DNA of 63,449 nucleotides, the filler included, from Chiloscyllium plagiosum (taxonomy: Eukaryota), in NCBI RefSeq assembly GCF_004010195.1. It is 4 parts of one record of this genome, joined end to end, with 100 filler letters (N's around TTAATTAATTAA, not from the genome) between each part and the next. Parts side by side here need not be neighbours in the genome. Positions count along the whole stretch, not along the records: positions 1 to 18,911 come from NC_057711.1; positions 19,012 to 47,836 come from NC_057711.1; 2 more parts are not named here. The stretch is one strand, 5' to 3'. Under the pieces are notes generated by a model, which searched no databases, had not been told where the DNA came from, and saw only the letters and a program-made list of their open reading frames with translations. Each line of letters opens with the position of its first letter. Positions within the stretch are counted from its first letter, which is position 1. The position numbers and the translations under genes were made by a program. Below are positions 12,336 to 24,972 of this stretch, one piece after another.

Positions 12336-14189
12336 GGCTAAACTCACAATCTTCAATATCTCATTGTGGAATGGTTTCTTAATCCTTTCAGTCTAAGATG
12401 TGAATACAGTGAGGCAACTGAACGTCCAAATTATGTTTTGGATTTGAAATTGCTTCAGAGTAGAACCCATCACAACACATAGATTGCAGTAGGATCATAA
12501 CTGAGGCAACACAAAATGTTTGAAGTTAAGAATGAGCTGATTTTCTCCAAAGTTGGAGATTGATAAACTAAACTTCAAAAAGCAGGTCTGAGTCCCAAAA
12601 TAGTAGCTGTACATTAGTTGCAGCTTTTGTCCGTCTGATGAATTGACTGCAATTGCACCATTTTTCTTGGTTTCAAAATGCTTGAGTGCAGCTGTCTGAG
12701 TTTTACCATTCTGTTCAGGTTATTTATCTTAATGGCATCTGTATCAACTATGCCAGTGGTTCAGTGGTGCTCAACAGATATATTGTTGGTTTTGTTACTT
12801 ATTCCTTCACTTATTCAAAGATAAGGGCATGACTGGCAAGACCAGCATTTATCACCAATCTATAGTCTGCCGTTGAGAAGTTGATGATGAGCTGCCTTCA
12901 TGAACAGCTATTATCCGCAGGATGAAGTTACTCCCACCGAGCTATCAAGGAGGGAATTCAAGCATATTGCCCTAATGATGGTGGAGGAAAGGTGTCGATC
13001 GGAATGAAATGTGGGATCATTCCAAGAAAGCCCCTTCTCTTAATCATACATTAATGTCCTTTTTTAAATTCATTGATGGGATGATGCAATCACTGACCAG
13101 GCAAGTATTTATTGCATGTTCCTAATTCCCCTTGATAAAGTGGTAGTAAGGTAAACAGTTGCGTGTCTGTGTGGTAAAGGAATACTATGGTACCGTTTGG
13201 TGGGGAGTTCCAGGATTCTGAATTAATGTTGATAAAGGACAGGATGTGCCGGTTTTGGATTGGTGTGGATAAAGTCAGAAGTCACATGACACCAGGTCCA
13301 ACAGTTTTATTTGAAATCACAAGATTTTGGAGTGTAGCTCCTTCATCAGTAGCTAGTGATAATATGGTTCCAAGATAGCATATGAAGAAGTAGGAATCCA
13401 TAGATGGCTCAAAGATCATGAGGCAGATATTTTGTTCCCATGACATCAGGCCATTTCAAACAGGAAGGGAAATTAAGGATAAACGGAACTATTTACAGTA
13501 TTTGCACAGAACATAGTCTAGGTTACATGTTGAACAATCATTTTTCAAACCACCCTTCATCCATTGGCCTGGCTTTCCATCAAACTAAGTTTCCAGTGAA
13601 GATCCATTCAACAGCCCCAGCTACCCTTGCTCACCATCGCCACTATCATTGGAGGCCCTAACAAATTGCTTAGTTCTCCTGCTCAAGACCAGCTGGAGGT
13701 GCTGTTGCACACTTCTTTACTTGAATCTTCCTTCCCCAGTGATCATGTACTAAGATTTGCATGATTAGCAAGTTCAAATACGCCATGGTGACGATATTGT
13801 TTAAATCCATGTTAATGGCAGGATTCCCTGTTTTCACCAGAGCTCTAGTAAGAGTTGGGGTGATACCAGCATTTGCTCCAGAAGACCTTCCCAGTCTCTT
13901 ATCTGTACTGGTGCCTTCCATTGGATCCATTCTCTGTGGTGGATCACACACATACGAATCTAGGTCAGTTAGGGCACCAGGAAAGACACGATCAGTGGCA
14001 TTTGTTGCTTCATTTCTACCTCCTGGTGGGCCAGATCTGAAGAAAAGTCATACCAGATTTGAAATATTTCTCTGCACAGACCTGCTGAGCTTTTCCAGCA
14101 TTCCTTGTGTTTATTTCAAGCATCCATAGAATTTTGCTTTTTATCAAGAGCCACACATTCAGTTCTTTGAACTTATTCTGCCAGTTTGT

Positions 14190-14980
14190 AGAGTGTTAGA
14201 GATCTACAACACAGAAAAAAGCCCTTCAGGCCATCATGTCTCTGCTGGTAAGAAACAACAATTTAACTTTTTAAAGCTTATTTTCCAAAACATGGCTCAT
14301 AGCCTTGTATGCCCTGGCATCGCAAGTGCACATCAAAATACTTCTTAAATGTTCTGAGGGTTTCTCCCTCTACCAGCCTTCAAGACAGTGAGTTCCAGAT
14401 GCCCACCACCCTCTGGGTGAAAACAATTTTGCTCACATCTCCTCTAAACCTCCTTCCCCTTAAATTAATGCCCGTGGTCATTGATCCTTCCATCAGGGGG
14501 AAATGTTCCATTCTGTCTATCCTATCCATGCCCCTCATAATCTTATACATCTCAATCATGTCCCCACTCAGTCTCCTCTTCTCCAAGGAAAACAACTCCA
14601 GTCTTTTCAATCTCTCTTCACAGCTGAAACTCTCCAATCTAAAAAAGCATCCTGGTAAACCTGCACTTTACCCTCTCCAGTATTATCACATCACTCCTAT
14701 AATGTGGATTCCAGAACCATACACAATGTTCTAGCTGTGGCCTGACCAATATTTCACACAGTTTCAGCATAACCATCCTGCTTTTAAACTCTATGTCCTG
14801 ACTAATAATGGTAAGTATAATTTATGTCTTCCTAACTACATTATTCGGCCATCCTGATACCTTAAAGCACCGGTGTACGTGCACACCAAGATCACTCTGA
14901 TCTTTGGTATTTCAGTACAGAATCTACATATGCTTCCCTCACTGTCTTACATTTTCTCCCCCAAATGTCATCCGTAACAT
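14190..14980 (-). mobile_element. CR1 ORF2 C-terminal fragment
   Basis: ORF 14380..14637(-) EERLKRLELFSLEKRRLSGDMIEMYKIMRG...FTQRVVGIWNSL, canonical CR1 C-terminus. Confidence 0.85.
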
Positions 14981-17803
14981 TTCCCCTGTTTTATTGTGCT
15001 ATCAGTAAGGCAAATATTGCTCCCTGCATCTGATTCCACTGTGGCACTTAGGAAAAAAAGCAATCAAAAGTATCTTCCAGGCATGCTTTTGAAGCATCCA
15101 TTAAACTTCTAAATAGGCCATTTGCCGCTATAAATGGTGCATAATGTGCCAATACAGCTCTGCAATGAGTAATTTTCTGCACAAATGGAGGGAACCCGAG
15201 AAGTCATTGACAAGGCCTTGAAAATAAATGTACAAGATGTGAAGGAGCAAGGAAATGCTCTGCTCCGTTCCGAACAGAAAACCAACTGGGAAGGAACTGG
15301 AGAATACAGATAACGTGAGACAGCATCACCTTTGACAGCCCCAATGAATGCTGTTTCTGAAACATATCAAACTTGGAAAGATGTTTGTAAGAAGGGCCAA
15401 ACTGGATGAAAACTAGATTTGGAAATCACTCAAAACTCTTTAAAAAATACTTGAAACCAAGACTTCCAAGATAGACTGTGAGAACAGTCAGCTTTAGTCC
15501 TGGGAGTAGAATTTTACTTTGTGCAGTCCAAGGGAAAAAGGATATAAAAAAGGGAGAGCTGTAAAACCGACAGCCGATTATAATGACTGCTTCACACGAA
15601 CACAAAAAGTCAATATTATCCGATGGAATGGGGTTTATTTCTTTAACTCTTTAAGTCAGGTATGAGAGTTGCATCATTGCTTTGAGTGTGGATGGAGTGA
15701 GACTTGGAGAGATATATGGTGGTGTTCCGCATCTGCAGCTCTTTGCCTTCTGGGTGGCAAAGAATTAAATTGTGCTGCTGGAGTATATGTGAGGCAAAAC
15801 TTGTAACAGTTTAATGTTGGTGGAACACAGTCTGTCCTTTTATGTGACCTTAAGTCCACATACCAATGGCCACTCCTGATGTGTTTATATATATCTAACA
15901 TTTGTGTAGAAGAAGCTCCATAAAGCACTGTTGCTATTCAGCCCAAGAAGAAGTTGCTGACAATTCTACCATTAGATTTACTTTGCCTACTCTATGTGGG
16001 TTAGTTTCACTGAACACTTTCTCAGTAAATGTCACATAATGGAGACGATAAATCAATGTAAAGCTAATTTATTAAAAGTTGAATTCCTGGAGGAGTGAAC
16101 ATTTAGTAACAAGGGGAAACTAATTAGCGCTCTTCAACAAAGTTAATTAATGATTTCCATTGAATTACCCTGTATGAGAGAAGGACACCAGTGCTCAGGA
16201 ACAATTAGATCTTGCAAGTACTAATTAAACAATCTATTTTACATATTTAATTTTTTTTGGCAACAGAGCACAGTTCGAGAGGGTAAAGTGTATTGATATC
16301 TTCCATATTATTGATATAAGAACAGGTTATTTCATTTAGAAATTCATTGATTTGCCAAAAGTCTGTGAAAACATTACAAGTATGTAAGGCGCTTACCCGA
16401 CACCCCTCATCTCACTGTGTTTTAAGAGGAGGGTAAATTCAGGGGATCCCAGTTTTGGGGGTCTTCTGGAACAGTGTTATGACCTTGTGCCCAAATGGCT
16501 GAGGTTTGAGGAGACCCAAATACTGAGAATAGGAACTCAACCCAACAAAATATCATTGCCATATTGGGCAGCACATGACTGTTGCTGCAACATTGAAAAT
16601 GCAAATTGCTTAAGCCATGGGTAAAGGATGCATCTTATTTTGAATAGTATGCTTCCTATCTGTCACAGAAAACCACACTTGAAAATCAGTTGCCCTGCTG
16701 CCCAAATTAATCCCCAAATCCATTTCTTGTTCTTTTCTGGTAAAGCAAGGAAGCATAGAAGAACATCACGTGTAAATCATCTTTCAATTTACTCACATGC
16801 ACCTTCTACTTTCATAGATAATTTGATGAGCTCTCCTCTTATCTCTGGAAATCTTAATTTCCTTAAAAAATTTGGCAGTGCAGAATTTAACCATGACTAA
16901 AAGGGACTAGAGGTTGAATTTTTCATCCTGTACTCATCAAAATTGGGGTCAAGAAATAAACTTGTGAAAAAGAGACACCATTTTATATAACATAAGTGAT
17001 GTTGCTGACTGGTTGGATCATAATTGGCATGGAGATGCAGCAAGAAACATTAACTGTCAACCTTAATTCTCAAACCAGGCAAATAGTTTCTGGTTGGTCA
17101 TAGTGTTGCTGTGGGGATGAAGCAGAGTTTGGCAGTCTTTATGACCTATTGTTCTTTTCAGAACATGATATGTATATTTAAATTCCTTTTGCTCACATAA
17201 AACATCCATAATACTTATCTAAGTAGCTTCTAGCATGCGTGAATACATTGTGGCCCCAAATGGTGATCTTAAATTGGTTTACGGGGTAACTCTTAGCATG
17301 GTCTGAATAGCAGAACCACATCTAAAAGGGATTATAATTTCTGAGGTTTGTAGGCACGGACTGATTGAGCATGAGTAGCAAGCTCTATGGGAGATATTGT
17401 TTAGTATGGTCTGACAGACTCCACAAACTATGGCCTATATATCTGGCATCACAAGGGCACCAAAACTAATATCACAAGAATCAATTGTGTGGTAGGCAAA
17501 AAGTCTTTTTGACTTGGTAGTCTGTTAGTGGAGAACTTTACTTATGACTTTTCTCCACAGAAGCCACGTGAGATAGCTAGCTTCACCTGTTGTTCAAACG
17601 TTTGATGTATCCTATATCAGAACACTCAGAGATAGACTGGGCTCTGCTCAGGGCCAAAGGTGGTGGACATAAGCCCTTGCATGTATTTTTATGACATACA
17701 ATAAATTATAATTTGATCAGCAAATCCATTAGCAGGCAGGATAATTTTGATCTACCCTATTTCAGCATCAAACATACACGGAAAGCGGAATCCCACTTCT
17801 CAC

Positions 17804-18108
17804 GGCGGCATGGTGGCACAGTGGTTAGCACTGCTGCTTCACAGCGCCAGAGACCTGGGTTCAATTCCCGCCTCAGGCGACTGACTGTGTGGAGTTTGCA
17901 CATTCTCCCCATGTCTGCGTGGGTTTCCTCTGGGTGCTCCGGTTTCCTCCCACAGTCCAAAGATGTGCAGGTCAGGTGAATTGGCCATGCTAAATTGTCT
18001 GTAGTGTTAGGTAAGGGGTAAATGTAGGGGTATGGGTGGTTTGCGCTTCGGCGGGTCGGTGTGGGCTTGTTGGGTCGAAGGGCCTGTTTCCACACTGTAA
18101 AGTAATCT
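17804..18108 (+). mobile_element. HE1-type SINE, young and full length
   Basis: Pol III A-box tggcacagtgg (17814-17824), B-box ggttcaattcc (17858-17868); CpGs retained; near-identical inverted copy at 33840-34146. Confidence 0.9.
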
Positions 18109-18514
18109 AAAAATAAATCATTTTGTATGAAATGGTGTCTCTTTTTTCTAGTATGTTTCATGAGTCCTTGTTCCAGTGAGACAAACGGCTTCAATTTATA
18201 ATCACCTAATCACCTAATAGGATTGTTGGACACCCTCCAGCAGGTAGTTTGCAGCGGTTCAAAAAGGCAGCTCACCACCATCTTCTCAAAGGCAACTAGA
18301 GGCAATGATTATAAAGCATATTTTCACATTCTGTAAGGGCTCAGTTTGCAAGTTTATCTTCATTCCTATATGGATTACTTCTACATTATGCTACACAGTG
18401 AGATTGAAAGAGTACGTGCTATACATGATTTGAATACAAAACATGCAAAGATGTTTTCTCAGTTAAACATCATTGTAACTGTAATGATTACTAACTAGGG
18501 CATTTCCATGGCAA

Positions 18515-18911
18515 ACGTGAGGACTGCAGATGCTGGAGATCCGAGTCTAGATTAGAGTGGTGCTGGAAAAGCACAGCAGGTCAGGCAGTATCCGAGGAGC
18601 TGGAAAATGGAGGTTTTGGGCAAAAGCCCTTCATCAGGAATGAAGGCAGCGAGCCTCCAGGGTGAGGAGATAAATGGGAGGTGGTGGGGCTGGGGAGAAG
18701 GTAGCAAAAAGTTCAATAGGTGGATGGGGGTGGGATGAAGGTGATAGGTCAGAGAGGCAAAAGCCTTCATCAGGAATGAAGGCAGCGAGCCTCCAGGGTG
18801 AGGAGATAAATGGGAGGTGGTGGGGCTGGGGAGAAGGTAGCAAAAAGTACAATAGGTGGATGGGGGTGGGATGAAGGTGATAGGTCAGAGAGGAGGGTGG
18901 AGCAGATAGGT
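18515..18911 (-). mobile_element. Penelope-like element 3' end (family A) with 137-bp tandem duplication, cut by gap
   Basis: Family A terminus plus purine-rich 3' UTR; unit starting ggcaaaagcc at 18619 and again at 18756. Confidence 0.75.
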
Positions 18912-19011
18912 NNNNNNNNNNNNNNNNNNNNNNNNNNNNNNNNNNNNNNNNNNNNTTAATTAATTAANNNNNNNNNNNNNNNNNNNNNNNNNNNNNNNNN
19001 NNNNNNNNNNN
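18912..19011. other. Artificial gap spacer
   Basis: 44 N + TTAATTAATTAA (18956-18967) + 44 N. Confidence 0.95.
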
Positions 19012-21420
19012 AAAGTGCTCCCCCACTGACACCTCAGTCACCTGCCCTGCCTTATTTCCCAAGAGTAGGTCAAGTTTTGCACCTTCTCTAGTAGGTACAT
19101 CCACATACTGAATCAGAAAATTGTCTTGTACACACTTAAGAAATTCATCTCCATCTAAACCTTTAACACTACGGCAGTCCCAGTCGATGCTTGGAAAGTT
19201 AAAATCCCCTCCCATAACTACCCTATTATTCTTACAGGTCGCTGAGATCTCCTTACAAGTTTGTTTTTCAATTTCCCTCTGACTATTGGGGTCTAAATCC
19301 CAATAAGGTGATCATCCCTTTCTTATTTCTCAGTTCCACCCAAATAACTTCCCTGGATGTATTTCTGGGAATATCCTCCCTCCAGCACAGCTGTAATGTT
19401 ATCCCTTATGAAAAATGCCACTCCCCCTCCTCCCTTGCCTCCCTTTCTATCCTTCCTGTAGCATTTGTATGCTGGAACATATAGCTGCCAGTCCTGCCCA
19501 TTCCTGCGCCATGTTTCTGTAATTGCTATGATATCCCAGTCCCATGTTCCTAACCATGCCCTGAGTTCATCTGCCTTCCCTGTTAGGCCCCTTGCATTGA
19601 AATAAATGCAGTTTAATTTATTAGTCCTACCTTGTCCCTGCCTGCCCTGACTGTTTGACTCACTTCTGTTCTCAGCTGTACCCATCTCAGATCCATCGCT
19701 TTCCTCACTATCACCCTGGGCCCCACCTCCCCATCTTACTAGTTTAAATCCTCCCAAGCAGTTCTAGTAAATTTCCCTGCCAGTATATTAGCCCCCTTCC
19801 AATTTAGGTGCAATCCATCCTCCTTGTTCAGGTCACTTCTATCCCAATAAATTGACCATCTCTATTTGGTCTGGTCCCAATGTGGCTCCAGGATGACAAG
19901 AATGCAGTTGACACTTAATACTCTCCAAAGCAGCCTGGAAAGCCAATCAGTTGTCAAGAATATGGTTGACCTAGGGCAATTAGAATTGAGCAACAATTAT
20001 TGGCTAATTCAGTGACACCTACAGTGAATCCTTCTCCCATACACCAGCTCCTGAGCCATGCATTCATCTGCTCTATCCTCCTATTCCTGCCCTCACTAGC
20101 TCGTAGCACTGGGAGTAATCCAGATATTATTACCCTTGAGGACCTCCTTTTTAAATTCCTGCCTAACTCTCTGTTATCTCCCTTCAGAACCTCAACCCTT
20201 TCCCTTCCAGTGTCTTGGTTCCAATGTGGACAATGACCTCCTGTTGGCCCCTCTCCCCCGTGAGAACACTCTGCACCCTCTCTGAGACATCCTTGATCCT
20301 GGCACCAGGGAAACAACACACCATTCTGCTTTTTCACTGCTGGCCACAGAAAAGTTTGTCTGTACCTCTGACTACAGAATCCCCGAACACATTTGATTTC
20401 TTGGAAGCCGACGCACCCCTCATTGCATTAGAGCCAGTCTCAATACCAGACACTTGGCCGTTTGTGCTACGTTCCCTTGAGATTCCATCACTCCCCACAT
20501 TTTCCAAAACAGCATACTTGTTTGAAATGCATATATCCCCAAAGGACTCCGGCACTAGCTGCCTATCTCTCTTATCCTTCCTGGAGTTAACCCATCTATG
20601 TGACTGTATCTGAGACTTTCCCCCCTTCCTATAACTGCCATCCATCACATACTGTTGCTGTTGCAAATTCCTCATCGCTTCTATCTGTCTCTCCAACCGA
20701 TCCACTCGATCTGATAAGATTCGCATCTAACAGCATTTATGCCAGATATAATCCGCAGTAACCCTTAAACTCTTTAAACTCCCACATTTGACAAGAAGTA
20801 CATATCACTGCAAAGGCCATTTTTGCTCCTTCACAATCTACAGACCCATAAAACAACACTGTCTTATTCCTCTACAAACACTGTCCCAGGTTAAATTAAT
20901 AGCTATGGCTTATATTTTAAGTTTAATCAAGCGACTTATCTCCAAAAACATATAATCAAGAAAGAACCCACTGTACTCACTAATACAGCCTTTCTCTTGG
21001 ATAGACTTAAAACAACAATTAACTTATCTGATTCTGTGCTGTGAACTTCGCCCAAACAGGTTCTTCCAAGATTAGTTGTGAATTTCACTGTTTGTTAGTT
21101 TTCCCAGATGCATTCCAATGTCCAGCGATACACGAATTCAAACAGCAAAGGCAGTAACTGTGCAGGTTCTCTCTCTATCTCTCTCTCCTGCACTGTCCTC
21201 ACCATGTGTTTCCTTTGTCTGCTCTTCTCCCTTTTAAAACTTCTGTTGTTTTGACTTTTTTTTTCCAAAGTTCCAAAACAATGCAACAGCATATAAAACA
21301 GTAATGGCTTCTCCTGGAATTCGAGGAAATCACCTCCAACACCTAAAATACCTCAAAAAAAGGTGCAGCTCTTACAGCCAGAAATTTTTCCCGTACTCCA
21401 TCTTGGATTACCCAGAATCC
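19012..21420 (-). mobile_element. CR1 LINE 5' portion: 5' UTR, ORF1 (zinc finger/zipper + SGNH esterase-like, about 20820-19739) and APE endonuclease start of ORF2; frameshifted
   Basis: MAFAVICTSCQMWE; VFGDSVVRG; VIISGLLPV...NAWLRSWCMGEGF; DGLHLN; LNCIYFNARGL...IIAITETW; GGDFNFP; LDLLL. Confidence 0.9.
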
Positions 21421-21725
21421 TTCTTACCTATGCCTCTCATGATTTTAAAAAGCTATCATGTCAAATCTCCAGGGAAAAAAGACCTGGCCCAGCCAGTCTC
21501 TCTTTGTAACTTAAACCTTCTGGTCTCTGTAACATACTTGTAAATCTTTTCAGCATTCTTTCCAGTTTAATAACATCCTTCCGATAGCAAGGCACCAAAA
21601 TTGTACACAGTGCTCCAAAAGTGGCCTCACCAATGTCCTGCACATCCATAACATAACATCCCCACTTATAGAGTCAGTGATCTGACCGATGAAGGCAGGT
21701 GTTTCAAATAACTTCTTCACCTGAC
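21421..21725 (-). mobile_element. Older CR1 ORF2 C-terminal fragment
   Basis: TLVRPLLEHCVQFW and YRKDVIKLER motifs in ORFs 21550..21774 and 21461..21649. Confidence 0.75.
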
Positions 21726-21789
21726 AGTAGCATTGGTGGATCATTCCTAACGTTCTTAATGCAAATACTTCCATATGGTTAGATCTTTG

Positions 21790-22165
21790 CTTTTTCTGAA
21801 AGCAGGATAATGACCCAAAGACTTGAGTTCAAACTCCACTATAGCAGTTGGGACATTTAAATTCACTTAGTTAAATTCAACTGTAATAAAACTGGCATCA
21901 ATAATGGTGACCATGCAACTATTGGACTTTTGTTAAAAGTAAAATATATCTGTTTTATTGATACTTTTCAGAAGAATAAATTGACCATCTCTATTTGGTC
22001 TGGTCCCAATGTGGCTCCAGGATGACAAGAATGCAGTTGACACTTAATACTCTCCGAAGCAGCCTGGAAAGCCAATCAGTTGTCAAGAATATGGTTGATT
22101 AGAATTGAGCAACAATTATTGGCTAATTCAGTGACACCTACAGTCCTAATGAATAAATGAATGGG
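21790..22165 (+). mobile_element. Old tRNA-derived SINE (Deu/SacSINE1-like)
   Basis: gagttcaaactcc B-box-like, taatggtgaccatg body, tail related to the 8070-8505 LINE. Confidence 0.5.
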
Positions 22166-23057
22166 AATGAATGAAAAGTGACTGACTTATTGTTCAGACA
22201 GTTAGTCATATTGGATATGTAAAGACCAAATCCTTTTTTCCCAATATTTTTTAATTGTGGGTGAAATGAGAAAATAAATGTTTTCAAACCGATAGTTGCA
22301 GGAAGATCGCTGCATGTTTTGAGTTTGAAAATTGAAAATCAGGAGACAAAGTTACTTCTATGTTACTAGGTCAGACACCATCGTTCAGAATGCTGGAGGT
22401 TGGGAGGGAAATCCATCAGACTTATTGGAGTTCAGAAGAATGAGTCTGATAAAGAAAGTCAGAAGGGAAACACTGTGGATCAGATTGTAACTTTACTAAA
22501 ATTAGAGACCGGAGGTCATTGCTACTGTGTGTGTGGAGGAAGTATACAGGACACATGAAAGCATAAAGGGATTTTTAACGAAAGGAAGATAACCTCAGTA
22601 CTTTGTTTTTATTTCATTGATTGCTATTATATTTAAACCCTCCTTGGAAACACAGTTTGTAAAAATAGTTTAACTGCAGTGTGTGCCTGTCTAGCCCAAC
22701 ATTTGTAGAGTTCTTAGAGAATGCTTATTCTTGTATTAAAAGCAGCTCAAAGAAGGTTCACTTTCTGAGCCTTTGCCCATTGGCATTGAGAAGGATGAGA
22801 GGTGATCTCATTGAAACACTAAGAACTAATTGACCTATGAAGGTTAAATAGGGATTTCTATGCTTGCAATAAAAATGAAAGAACATGGTTTACCAGAGGA
22901 ACTTTGTACATCATAATGGCCGGGAAGAAGAGCCATTTTCCAGAAGGTCCTTGGGAATCACAACAGATTAGCTGATTAGGAGACAGAAAGGGGAAGTGAG
23001 GAAAAACAGAAATTCAAGAGATAAGGAGCTGAGCAAACAGATTCAAAAAAAACCTTG

Positions 23058-23247
23058 GAGAAAGTGAGGACTGCAGGTGTTGGAGATCAGAGTCAAGAGT
23101 GTGGTGCTGGTTAGGCAGCATTCGAGGAGCAGGAGTATCGACGTTATGGGCATGAGCCCTTCTTCAGGCTTATGCCTGAAACGTTGATTCTCCTGCTCCT
23201 CAGATGCTGCCTGACCTGCTGTGCGATTCCAGCACCACATGCTCGAC
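23058..23247. mobile_element. Palindromic family A Penelope-derived element
   Basis: Inverted halves meeting near gcccttcttcaggc; flanking duplication tcaaaaaa(g)aaccttg at 23043-23057 and 23248-23263. Confidence 0.75.
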
Positions 23248-24834
23248 TCAAAAAAGAACCTTGCCAGGGCAAGATTGGGTTGCCCCTTGCTTGGATGACT
23301 GAAGAATGCATGTAAGACTGGTGACAACTTTTTATTATATGAGTAAGTAATGACAAGATTGGAATTTGAATAACAGAATGTGTGAACATGGTGGAATTGT
23401 ATAAAAGTGATGGGTTTTGTGCATTCAGCAGAGTCCTGTTCTAGTTAGTCAGCTACTCCTGCTTGGATAAAGAATCAAAACCCTTGACTAATGACCCCTG
23501 TGGTTAATAGTTAGAAGTGGCCACACAACCATATGCGATCCAGAGAAGACTTGACAGGGTTTTTCTTGTAGAAGACACTGGAATAGAAGAACACAGTTTA
23601 AAAATAAAAGGCCTTGCTTTTCAAAAGGAGATGAGGAGCCTTTCTTTCTGCCCATCAGAAGGTTGTTATACCATAGAATTATCTGTGCCTGAAGCCAATG
23701 GAGGCTATTCATGACTGATTGAGCTAGATTTTTGATAAATAGTGGGCTTGAGGTTTATTGGGTCAGACAGAAAAGCCAAGCTGAGAGGACTACAAGGTCA
23801 GCAATAAGATCATAAGATATAGGGGCACAGTTAGTCCGTTCGGCTAATCAAGTCTGCTCCACCATTTGATCATGGTTGATATGTTTCTCAACTCCAATCT
23901 CCTGCTTGCTCCTCATAACAATTAATGCCCTAACTAGTCAAGAATCTATCTGTCTCTGTCTTAAACATACTCAATGACTTGGCCTCCACAGCCTCCTGTG
24001 GCAATGGATTCCTCAGATTAACCACCTAATGACTGAGGAAATTCCTCCTCAGCTCAGTTCTGAAGGGTCATCCCTTTACTCTTAGGTTGTGCCCTTTGGT
24101 CCGAGCCTTGCTTACTAGTGGAAACATCTCCTCCACATGCACTCTATTCAGCCCTCTCTGTATTCGTCTGATCATGACCATGGTCTTGTTAAATTGCTGA
24201 ACAGGCTCAGAGGGCCAAATGACCTTCGCCTATTCCCAATCCTACATTCCCTTTCACAAATCATTATCCCACATTGGTAATTGTTACTAAGTTGCTTTGT
24301 TTGCTTCCCATGGATACGTGTTATTGCATTGTACTTGATTAATTTCTTGGCAGATTAAGTTGGAAAATCCATTTTTTCAAAGATTCTTCTTTGAAGCAAT
24401 TATTATTGCAAGCAGGTGTAATACACCACAGTCACTCAGTGATCCTCATCTGCCTTGGTAATAGGGGACTTGTGCATCTCTCTAAAATGACCTTCTGTTG
24501 CTGCTGCTCTTCATCCTCTGAAGCACACTGCACTGACAGACTTCATACAATATCAAGGTTAAGCGTTATCTAATATACTCCACTTCTAAATAATATCTCA
24601 CACTACTTGAAGAATAAAAGTAATACCAAAAAGTTGTACTAACAAGTTTAAAAAAAAAGACAATGTGAAGCCAAAATGTACAGGCTTAACTGCTTGTTTC
24701 GTTTTATTTATGAATGTGATATACAAAGACAAAAATATTAGAAAGCTCTAAATGGCATAATAATTAAACAGAGTTGGGGCAAAAATGGGGGTGAGCAAAA
24801 AATGCTGGCCAGCCAGCGATGCCCAAGTCCCATC

Positions 24835-24972
24835 ATATGGAGGTGCCAGTGTTGGACTGGGATAGGGAGCTTTGTCACAAGCTTTGAAGTCACCTGACAA
24901 AGGAGCAGCGCTCCAAAAGCTTGTGATTTCAAATGAACCTGTTGGACTCTAACCTGGTGTCGTGTGACTTCT
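24835..24972 (+). mobile_element. Penelope-derived element family B with CpG-decayed hammerhead (24891-24925)
   Basis: CAC-CTGACAA-A-GGAGC-AGC-GCTCC-AAAA-GC-TT-GTG: stem I CAC/GTG, stem II GGAGC/GCTCC. Confidence 0.65.

Noticed and set aside
13670..14129. Overlapping ORFs (93 aa minus, 122 aa plus) with an apparent acceptor ttttcttcag
   Set aside because: No recognisable domain; the acceptor-like sequence is part of a family D element starting near 14037
15225..15312. Peptide DVKEQGNALL resembling a TPR helix
   Set aside because: Stop codon shortly after and no clear splice signals; likely chance
17804..17875. tRNA gene
   Set aside because: A/B boxes belong to the tRNA-derived head of an HE1-type SINE; no complete cloverleaf
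22361..23510. Additional solo LTR starting TGTTAC (similar candidates near 7096-8038 and 62590-62870)
   Set aside because: Could not identify a matching CA end with a TSD
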